Below the pieces are notes generated by a model. The model did no database searches, had not been told where the DNA came from, and was given only the letters and a program-made list of their open reading frames with translations. From Ruminococcus albus 7 = DSM 20455 (lineage in GTDB: Bacteria; Bacillota; Clostridia; Oscillospirales; Ruminococcaceae): DNA of 32,000 nucleotides. The stretch's first letter is position 1. Each line of letters opens with the position of its first letter. The stretch is taken from assembly GCF_000179635.2 (NCBI RefSeq), contig NC_014833.1, positions 2,880,001 through 2,912,000 on the forward strand. The letters are read 5' to 3'. Below, piece after piece: positions 25,572 through 32,000 of the stretch. The translations under genes were made by a program, and so were the position numbers.

Positions 25572-26705
25572 TTACTTTGTATATACCGCTTTAAGGGACA
25601 GATCTTTCGTATCCAGCAGCAGGATATGTGTAGCCTTACCAACAGTCAGACTGCCGTAATTGTCATCCGCACCTATCGAGCGGCATGGATTAATGGTGGC
25701 TGCTTTTATCGCACTTTCAAGGGGAATGCCCATATTTACAGCGGTACGCACACAGTCAGCCAGAGTTGTTACACTGCCTGCAAGAGTTCCGTCAGAAAGT
25801 AAGGCTCGGCTGCCTTTTTTTGTCACCTGCTGTCCGCCAAGCTGATACAAACCGTCAGGCATACCTGCAGCCTCCATACTGTCACTTATCAATACTATAC
25901 GGTCATCCCCGAACAGGGCAAAGGCTGCCCTTATCGCTGTGGGTGAGATATGTACACCGTCGCATATAAGTTCGGCAAATACATTTTCAGTATCGTAGGC
26001 AGCACCTATCAGCGAGGGTTCGCGGTGAGTAAAGGGCGGCATGGCGTTATATATATGCGTTACATGGTCTGCCCCGGCAGCAAAGGCTTTTATTGCTGCA
26101 TCATAGTCACAGGCTGTGTGACCGAGAGAAAAATGCATACTTCCCGAAAGTCTGTGTATACAATCAGCCGCACCCTCTGTTTCAGGGGCAATAGTCACAA
26201 GCTTTATCAGCCCTTCGGCAGCCGACTGCCATTCCAGCAGCTTTTCAGCTGAAGGCGGCTGTATAAGTTCCTTCTTCTGTGCGCCGCATTTTTCATAAGA
26301 TATGAACGGACCTTCCAGATGTATACCTAAAAGCTTCGCACTCTCCTCCCCTGCCGATGTACTGCTGTGATCGACAGCTGTTTTCAGTATAGCGATGATA
26401 TCATCATCAGGCAGAGTCATAGTTGCAGGGCATAGGGTCGTCACGCCCTGTGAATACTCATACCTGCAGATACACCCGAGTGCATCTGCTGATGCCTCGC
26501 AGAAGTCATGACCTGCACAGCCGTGAAAATGTACATCGGTAAATCCCGGTACAACATAGCACCCCGAAGCATCTGCGACCTCGCCGCCGTATTTTACCAT
26601 AGCGTCCGCAGGAAGTATATCTGTTATGACCCCACTGTCAGTAATGACAGTGAGAGGCTCAAATCGGCATTTTTCAGTAAACACCAGACCATTCTTTATA
26701 AGCAT
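25572..26705 (-). CDS. nagA: N-acetylglucosamine-6-phosphate deacetylase
   Basis: 377 aa amidohydrolase with GFTDVHFHG, ...HLEGPF... and ...THIYNAM..., the typical NagA layout. Confidence 0.93.
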   Translation of the reverse strand: MLIKNGLVFTEKCRFEPLTVITDSGVITDILPADAMVKYGGEVADASGCYVVPGFTDVHFHGCAGHDFCEASADALGCICRYEYSQGVTTLCPATMTLPDDDIIAILKTAVDHSSTSAGEESAKLLGIHLEGPFISYEKCGAQKKELIQPPSAEKLLEWQSAAEGLIKLVTIAPETEGAADCIHRLSGSMHFSLGHTACDYDAAIKAFAAGADHVTHIYNAMPPFTHREPSLIGAAYDTENVFAELICDGVHISPTAIRAAFALFGDDRIVLISDSMEAAGMPDGLYQLGGQQVTKKGSRALLSDGTLAGSVTTLADCVRTAVNMGIPLESAIKAATINPCRSIGADDNYGSLTVGKATHILLLDTKDLSLKAVYTK

Positions 26706-26718
26706 GATATGCAGCCTC

Positions 26719-27735
26719 CTACGGCATCACGATGAAACCTGCTACATCCCCGACACGCACATCATGCAGACCGCTTTTTATGGCATCGGTGTCTATACTG
26801 TCACCAAAAGCATAGCTTACTGCCAGCTGAGGAAAATTCACACCAACGGCATCAGCCTTGTAACATCCGCCTGCCATACGGGTATTTATCTCCATAAAGA
26901 CGTGTTCACCGTTAAGGGGGCGCAGCTGTATATTGTAAGGGTAGTCTATTCTGACCTTTTCGGATATGCGTTCAGCTATGCTTATGAATTCCTTATCGAA
27001 CCGCAGTGATGTGATATGGGCATCCAGTTTGCAGCGCGGCACAGCGATAAGTCCGCCATCTGTCCTCATGCAGTCGATGCTTATCTCAGGCTCGCTGAGG
27101 TATGGCATAACTACAGTAGGATATATCCTGCTGCGTTTTTTAAGGTCGGCAAGGTATGCCTCATAGCTTATATCCTCAGGCATGGACTTAGGTGCGTCAT
27201 CGTCATAAAGCCGTCTGTAAGTGATACCGCCCTCGTCGCGGTCAGCCTTTATGCATACCTTATGATCCTTTCCATATCTTTCCTTTACCGCCGCATAAGC
27301 CTGCTCAAAACCCTCGACAGTGGTTATGCGCTCCATATACGGAGTAGGACAAAGACCGTTTTCCCTCATGAATATGCAGGACTTCATTTTACTGTCAAGC
27401 ATATCGTTCTGCTCGGTATCGTGGTCAGCAGTAACGTGGGTGCCAATTGCCTCAAATTCGGATATATGGCTTATAACCGCCGCTCTCCAGCGTTTCGGGA
27501 AGAATACATCCACAGAATGCTCTCTGCAGAACCCCAGCGCCCATGCTGCATACTCCTCACCGTTCACACCATTTGGCTCAACATACCTTTCGTCTGCCGA
27601 TGCACCAAAGACGAAATCGGGTTTCTTGGCTGAGGCTATAATGAAGTTTCGCTCATCGCGTTTGAGCAGCTCTATAAAATTATAAGCCTGGCTGAACCAG
27701 TGATTGAACCATATTACTCTTTTTCCGTTTTTCAT
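26719..27735 (-). CDS. ATP-grasp domain protein of unknown specificity
   Basis: 338 aa. The C-terminal FMEINTRMAGG is the ATP-grasp Mg/ATP loop signature. Its stop lies 13 nt before the nagA ATG, and the nagA SD lies inside its 3' end. Confidence 0.75.
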   Translation of the reverse strand: MKNGKRVIWFNHWFSQAYNFIELLKRDERNFIIASAKKPDFVFGASADERYVEPNGVNGEEYAAWALGFCREHSVDVFFPKRWRAAVISHISEFEAIGTHVTADHDTEQNDMLDSKMKSCIFMRENGLCPTPYMERITTVEGFEQAYAAVKERYGKDHKVCIKADRDEGGITYRRLYDDDAPKSMPEDISYEAYLADLKKRSRIYPTVVMPYLSEPEISIDCMRTDGGLIAVPRCKLDAHITSLRFDKEFISIAERISEKVRIDYPYNIQLRPLNGEHVFMEINTRMAGGCYKADAVGVNFPQLAVSYAFGDSIDTDAIKSGLHDVRVGDVAGFIVMP

Positions 27736-27800
27736 AAAATATCTCCTTGATCTTCAGCGCTTTTATAGTCGTGCTCCTGTCATTTTATCCAAGCACTGAA

Positions 27801-27829
27801 ATTATAGCACATCTGATAAAAAAAGTAAA
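27801..27829 (-). promoter_or_regulatory. possible promoter of the ATP-grasp/nagA operon
   Basis: The minus strand reads TTTACT - 17 nt - TATAAT with a TGc extended -10. The -35 element is weak. Confidence 0.45.
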
Positions 27830-27982
27830 CCCTAATAAGCTCTCTGCGTATACGTTCCTTTATGCAAAATCTATCACAGTACGTTATCCCTGCGGCACTG
27901 AAAGGCTCAGGCACTCCCGATATGGGACTTCTACCCGAAGGACTTCCTGAGCACATACAGACAGAACTGACAGACATAAAGC

Positions 27983-28012
27983 AAGGCTGTACATTTAAAT
28001 GCGTACAGCCTT
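27983..28012 (-). terminator. stem-loop 3' of the DUF4846-like gene
   Basis: AAGGCTGTAC - 10 nt loop - GTACAGCCTT, 10 nt past the stop at 28023. Confidence 0.6.
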
Positions 28013-28022
28013 TTCTGTTATA

Positions 28023-28931
28023 TCAGAAGCCTTCCTTCCAGCGGCGGATATCCTTGTCGCTGAAGAATGAGAATCCTCCTACGGTAAAGGATCTCTGTTT
28101 CAGCTCTTCCTCAGTGAACCAGGGCGTTGTTTCTCCGCCCTCAAGATCATTTACGATATGGAAGCATACCGCAGGTATAAAGCTTTGTCCGAAAAGGTAG
28201 CATTTTTCTCCTTTTTCGTTAACTGCCATATCCACTACCATGACCACATGGGTCTCATCGCAGACGATATCACCTATCTGCAATTCATCAGGAGTTATTA
28301 CTGTGGATTCTTTCATCAGCGAAAGAGTTCCCGCATAGCGCATCACCATTTTGAGATAATTGCGGTACTGCTGTTCGCTGTCATCGGGAAACGCCGCAGG
28401 TATCTCGCAGGAATAGTCACCCAGCACCAGCATCCTTTTGCCGTTTTTCCACCTATCGTAGCTGCATTCATCGCCGTTTGAAAACATGAAAGATATCTTG
28501 TCATACTGTTCATTCTCATAATAGTAATCACCGTATAGCCTGATTATACTGTCCGCACACTGCTGATAACCCTCATCCCCCACGGTTATATCGAATATAG
28601 CCGCAGTGTAGGGTGATTCTTTCGTTGTACCGTCAAACACCGGCAAAGCAGTACCAGCGGGATAAAGGGGGTAATCACGCAGATATTCCGCAAAGCTGCC
28701 TTTATCGACAGGTACGCGAGTGTAGCCCTCAGGCGGGAGTATGCGCGTCTGCAAAGTCGTTCCATCGGGGTCGATGGAGTTTATTTCATATTTTTTCTCC
28801 GCCTGAACAATGGTAAGTTCAGCGGCTTTCCACTTGGGATTCACGCGGATAAATACTGCCGCGAGAACAGCAGCTATAAATATCAGAAATACTATCAGTA
28901 TAACTGTCTTTTTGCTTTTTGGTTTTGCCAT
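28023..28931 (-). CDS. membrane-anchored exported protein, DUF4846-like (from memory, unverified)
   Basis: I prefer ATG 28931 (MAKPKSKKTVILIVFLIFIAAVLAAVF...; AAAGGA 9 nt upstream) over the track start at 28982. Signal-anchor followed by a roughly 270-aa domain with QQCADSIIRL and IGDIVCDETHVVMVVD segments. Confidence 0.7.
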   Translation of the reverse strand: MAKPKSKKTVILIVFLIFIAAVLAAVFIRVNPKWKAAELTIVQAEKKYEINSIDPDGTTLQTRILPPEGYTRVPVDKGSFAEYLRDYPLYPAGTALPVFDGTTKESPYTAAIFDITVGDEGYQQCADSIIRLYGDYYYENEQYDKISFMFSNGDECSYDRWKNGKRMLVLGDYSCEIPAAFPDDSEQQYRNYLKMVMRYAGTLSLMKESTVITPDELQIGDIVCDETHVVMVVDMAVNEKGEKCYLFGQSFIPAVCFHIVNDLEGGETTPWFTEEELKQRSFTVGGFSFFSDKDIRRWKEGF

Positions 28932-28972
28932 TTGACACATTCCTTTCGTATTCTGAGAAGTTCTCTTGATAA

Positions 28973-29001
28973 ATGATACCACAAAAGAGATCTCTTGTCA
29001 A
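28973..29001 (-). promoter_or_regulatory. sigma-A type promoter for the DUF4846-like gene
   Basis: The minus strand reads TTGACA - 17 nt - TATCAT with a TGg extended -10. Confidence 0.65.
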
Positions 29002-29039
29002 TATCAGGGGATTTTATTGTACAGTTGCTCCATCCTGTA

Positions 29040-29068
29040 TTGACATCGAAAAGATAGTATGCTATACT
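29040..29068 (+). promoter_or_regulatory. sigma-A type promoter for the 29102 gene
   Basis: TTGACA - 17 nt - TATACT with a TGc extended -10. Confidence 0.7.
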
Positions 29069-29101
29069 GATCTTACATTAAAAAACTGCATCTAAAGGAG
29101 A

Positions 29102-29458
29102 ATGGATACTATGAATTACAATACGTTAGGACTTTATTTTGAGGCTGAAATGGCAGGATTTGACGGCGAGTGTTTTCATTACAGTGTATACACCGATGAC
29201 ACCCCCGACGAAAATAAAGTGCAGGAAATCGACAAGGCGATAGCAGAATACTTCGAACCCTACGACAGCAAGGAAATTTATATGGGCTATATCGATGTCA
29301 CTAACGAGGGTGAGAAAATAAACATCGAACTCGACCTGGGAAATGTCGATCCAAAATACGAAAACACAGCCATTGAGGGAATACTCAAGGCTATGAACAC
29401 TGTTAAAGGCATCAAAAAAGTAATAGTAAACGAAGATTGTGACGATTTCGATTTCTGA
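29102..29458 (+). CDS. hypothetical small acidic cytoplasmic protein (115-118 aa)
   Basis: An ORF with its own promoter and terminator. AAAGGAG ends 1 nt before ATG 29102, so ATG 29111 (MNYNTLGLYF...) may be the true start. No family recognised. Confidence 0.7.
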   Translation: MDTMNYNTLGLYFEAEMAGFDGECFHYSVYTDDTPDENKVQEIDKAIAEYFEPYDSKEIYMGYIDVTNEGEKINIELDLGNVDPKYENTAIEGILKAMNTVKGIKKVIVNEDCDDFDF

Positions 29459-29468
29459 ATAATACCAC

Positions 29469-29500
29469 TAACGCTGTACCGCAGTTGGTACAGCGTTTTT
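29469..29500 (+). terminator. rho-independent terminator
   Basis: AACGCTGTACC gcagtt GGTACAGCGTT followed by TTTT. Confidence 0.85.
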
Positions 29501-29567
29501 TGCTGTCCAAAGTCAAATCGACTAAACAAAAACCTGTTGAACTGCTATGTTTTCGGGGTTTTGCTTA

Positions 29568-29596
29568 TTGTAAATATAATTAAATCATGGTATAAT
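29568..29596 (+). promoter_or_regulatory. sigma-A type promoter for prfC
   Basis: TTGTAA - 17 nt - TATAAT with a TGg extended -10. The leader is about 125 nt. Confidence 0.65.
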
Positions 29597-29728
29597 AAAT
29601 AGGTATGCTGAAATTTGTATCGGAGGTCGGAAATGATGTGATTTGCTGATACCATCGCGATCAAAAGACATGATATCCCTGATCTTCCCTGCAAACGGGA
29701 GGGTCTCACATATAACGGAGGAAAATTA

Positions 29729-31333
29729 ATGGGCTTAAAAGAAGAAATAAACCGCAGGCGAACTTTCGCCATAATATCGCACCCCGATGCAGGTAAGACC
29801 ACACTTACGGAAAAGTTCCTGCTGTACGGCGGCGCTATCGCACAGGCAGGTGCTGTTAAGGGAAAGAAAAATTCCCGTCATGCAGTTTCTGACTGGATGG
29901 AGATAGAAAAACAGAGAGGTATCTCTGTAACATCATCGGTAATGCAGTTCCAATACGACGGCTACTGCATAAACATCCTCGATACTCCCGGACATCAGGA
30001 TTTCTCGGAGGATACCTACCGTACCCTTATGGCGGCGGATTCCGCTGTAATGGTGATAGATGCTTCAAAGGGTGTTGAGAACCAGACCAGAAAGCTTTTC
30101 AAGGTCTGCGTTATGAGACATATCCCGATATTCACATTCATAAACAAAATGGACAGAGAGGCACGCAGCCCCTTTGACCTTATCGAACAGATAGAGAACG
30201 AGCTTGGTATACAGACCTATCCCGTAAACTGGCCTATCGGCTGCGGCAAGGAGTTCAAGGGTGTATACGACAGAGATAAGCGTCATATCATATCATTCTC
30301 CAGTGATTCGGAAATGGCTTTCGGCAAGAAAAAGGTAGCTATGGAGGAAGTCGAGCTTTCCGATCCCGCACTGGATGATATGCTGGGAGAGCATCTGCAT
30401 CAGAACCTTTCAGACGATATCGAGCTTCTGGACGGCGCAAGCTACGAGTTCGATATAAATAAAGTACGAAACGGTGAGCTTTCACCCGTATTCTTCGGTT
30501 CTGCACTGACAAACTTCGGCGTTGAGCCTTTCCTTGAAAGATTTCTGGAGATGACCACTTCTCCCACCGCAAGAATGAGCAGCGAAGGTCTTGTAGACCC
30601 CTTTGACCCCGAATTCTCAGCTTTCGTATTCAAGATACAGGCTAACATGAACAAGGCTCACCGCGACAGGATCACTTTCCTGCGCGTATGCTCGGGCAAA
30701 TTCGATAAGGAAATGGACGTTCTCCACGTTCAGGGCAACAAGAAGATGCGCCTTTCTCAGCCACAGCAGATAATGGCACAGGAGCGAGAGATAATCGATG
30801 AGGCTTACGCAGGCGATATCATCGGCGTATTCGACCCCGGCATATTCTCCATAGGCGATACCATATGTTCACCGAAGAGAAAGTTCGAGTTTGAGCCGAT
30901 ACCTACATTCGCCCCCGAACACTTCATGCGCGTAAGACAGAAGGACACCCTGAAGCGTAAACAGTTCGTAAAAGGCGCTACCCAGATAGCTCAGGAGGGT
31001 GCGATACAGATTTTCCAGGAACCCGAAACAGGTATGGAAGAAGTGATCATCGGCGTTGTGGGCGTGCTCCAGCTTGAAGTTTTCGAGTACCGTATGAAGA
31101 ACGAGTACAATGTTGAACTTTTCAAGGAGAGCCTTTCATACAGCCATATCAGGTGGATAGACAACAAGGATATCGACGTTAAGAAGCTGAAGCTTTCCAG
31201 CGATACCAAGCTGGTGCAGGATTTCCGCGGAAATTATCTGCTGCTGTTCACAAGTGAATGGAATATCCGCTGGGCACTTGAAAAGAATGAGGGTCTTGAA
31301 CTCAGCGAGTTCAACCGCGGTGCACTGCAGTAA
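29729..31333 (+). CDS. prfC: peptide chain release factor 3
   Basis: 534 aa translational GTPase with G1 SHPDAGKTT, G3 DTPGHQDF and G4 NKMD. The N-terminus RRTFAIISHPDAGKTTLTEK is typical RF3. Confidence 0.97.
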   Translation: MGLKEEINRRRTFAIISHPDAGKTTLTEKFLLYGGAIAQAGAVKGKKNSRHAVSDWMEIEKQRGISVTSSVMQFQYDGYCINILDTPGHQDFSEDTYRTLMAADSAVMVIDASKGVENQTRKLFKVCVMRHIPIFTFINKMDREARSPFDLIEQIENELGIQTYPVNWPIGCGKEFKGVYDRDKRHIISFSSDSEMAFGKKKVAMEEVELSDPALDDMLGEHLHQNLSDDIELLDGASYEFDINKVRNGELSPVFFGSALTNFGVEPFLERFLEMTTSPTARMSSEGLVDPFDPEFSAFVFKIQANMNKAHRDRITFLRVCSGKFDKEMDVLHVQGNKKMRLSQPQQIMAQEREIIDEAYAGDIIGVFDPGIFSIGDTICSPKRKFEFEPIPTFAPEHFMRVRQKDTLKRKQFVKGATQIAQEGAIQIFQEPETGMEEVIIGVVGVLQLEVFEYRMKNEYNVELFKESLSYSHIRWIDNKDIDVKKLKLSSDTKLVQDFRGNYLLLFTSEWNIRWALEKNEGLELSEFNRGALQ

Positions 31334-31348
31334 TAAATATGTACATCA

Positions 31349-31507
31349 ATACCCGTGGTACTAAGGCGGGTACTCATACAGAACGTTTGTTATCATTATT
31401 TTCAGCTATGCTGATACTCAGGGAAAACTCTTTTTTTCAAAAGAATTTTCCCTCAATAATGATAATAAATTTTCTTTATGGATACCGCCATTAAGTATCA
31501 CGGATAT
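31349..31507. repeat. long imperfect palindrome (about 160 bp extended hairpin)
   Basis: The outer arms 31349-31400 and 31455-31507 are about 80% complementary. The inner stem AGGGAAAACTCTTTT (31420-31434) / AAAAGAATTTTCCCT (31439-31453) matches at 14/15 positions with a 4-nt loop. A 19-nt bulge at 31401-31419 contains its own mini-hairpin. Confidence 0.8.
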
Positions 31508-31555
31508 TTTTATGCTGTTATGTCTTTTTTTCTTAGGTAAAAGCGCTGTATTATA

Positions 31556-31681
31556 CCTAGTATTTTGATAGGATATCTAGTCAGAAATTACAAAGATAAA
31601 TAATTTTCTAAAAACCTATTGACATGATAGGAAAAATATGATATTATTAGTCCATCGAAAGAAACCTAGTAAACAAGTAGG
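31556..31681. promoter_or_regulatory. three copies of a CCTA-N9-TAGG palindrome (candidate operators) around the metY-like promoter
   Basis: The copies are 31556-31572 CCTAGTATTTTGATAGG, 31615-31631 CCTATTGACATGATAGG (which covers the -35 element) and 31665-31681 CCTAGTAAACAAGTAGG (downstream of the predicted start site). Confidence 0.5.
31619..31647 (+). promoter_or_regulatory. sigma-A type promoter for the O-acetylhomoserine sulfhydrylase gene
   Basis: TTGACA - 17 nt - TATTAT with a TGa extended -10. The leader is about 180 nt. Confidence 0.7.
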
Positions 31682-31814
31682 ATAAAGATGATAAGAAAGC
31701 AGGTGATGATATGAAACATATCAGCCGAAGCGTAAAAGTATCATCACATCTGCGAATGTGTTGTACGATGCTTTAAAAACGCTTGATCGATACTATTTAA
31801 ATTTTAAATTATAA

Positions 31815-32000
<186 letters not shown>

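Noticed and set aside
31600-31614. CodY-box-like AATTTTCTAAAAACC upstream of the metY-like -35 element
   Set aside because: It matches AATTTTCWGAAAATT at only about 12/15 positions in an AT-rich context, which is not distinguishable from chance without a genome-wide model.

Overview
This is a housekeeping chromosomal segment of a Firmicute, probably a member of Clostridia. That placement is inference from TGnTATAAT-type promoters, GGAGG ribosome-binding sites, an AbrB regulator and roughly 45-50% GC coding DNA. I can support about 32 protein genes. From left to right they are: the 5' tip of glmM; a GNAT acetyltransferase; and a ruv cluster reading ruvC / small Cys-rich gene / ruvA / two paralogous membrane-anchored genes / ruvB. 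Next come murA; a rubredoxin with a GTG start that is absent from the ORF track; and a translationally coupled HAD phosphatase / MBL hydrolase / rlmH trio. These are followed by an anti-sigma-like membrane protein plus an ECF-type sigma factor. Then come rpmG (also absent from the track)-secE-nusG-rplK-rplA; an HtrA protease; an LCP protein; an SDR; sbcD-sbcC; and abrB. The window ends with an ATP-grasp gene-nagA operon; a DUF4846-like exported protein; prfC; and the start of an O-acetylhomoserine sulfhydrylase gene. I found no rRNA, tRNA, CRISPR array, transposase, integrase or recognisable defence genes, and I do not see a clear novel multi-gene system. Nine things merit a second look: (1) a tandem-duplicated gene cassette inside the ruv operon with a chimeric ruvA/ruvB junction scar; (2) a Cys-rich micro-protein coupled between ruvC and ruvA; (3) a roughly 1 kb AT-rich, ORF-poor spacer (5250-6270) packed with GTACAA motifs and a 15-bp palindrome; (4) a MITE-like inverted-repeat element flanked by an 11-bp direct repeat; (5) a recurrent ATTCATAAT word just 3' of stop codons; (6) a sigma/anti-sigma pair sitting where rplJ-rplL normally follow rplA; (7) a roughly 160-bp imperfect palindrome after prfC; (8) three CCTA-N9-TAGG palindromes around the metY-like promoter, together with a Met/Cys-codon leader uORF and no S-box; (9) a two-codon mini-ORF in the prfC leader. 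All functional readings of these are hypotheses.
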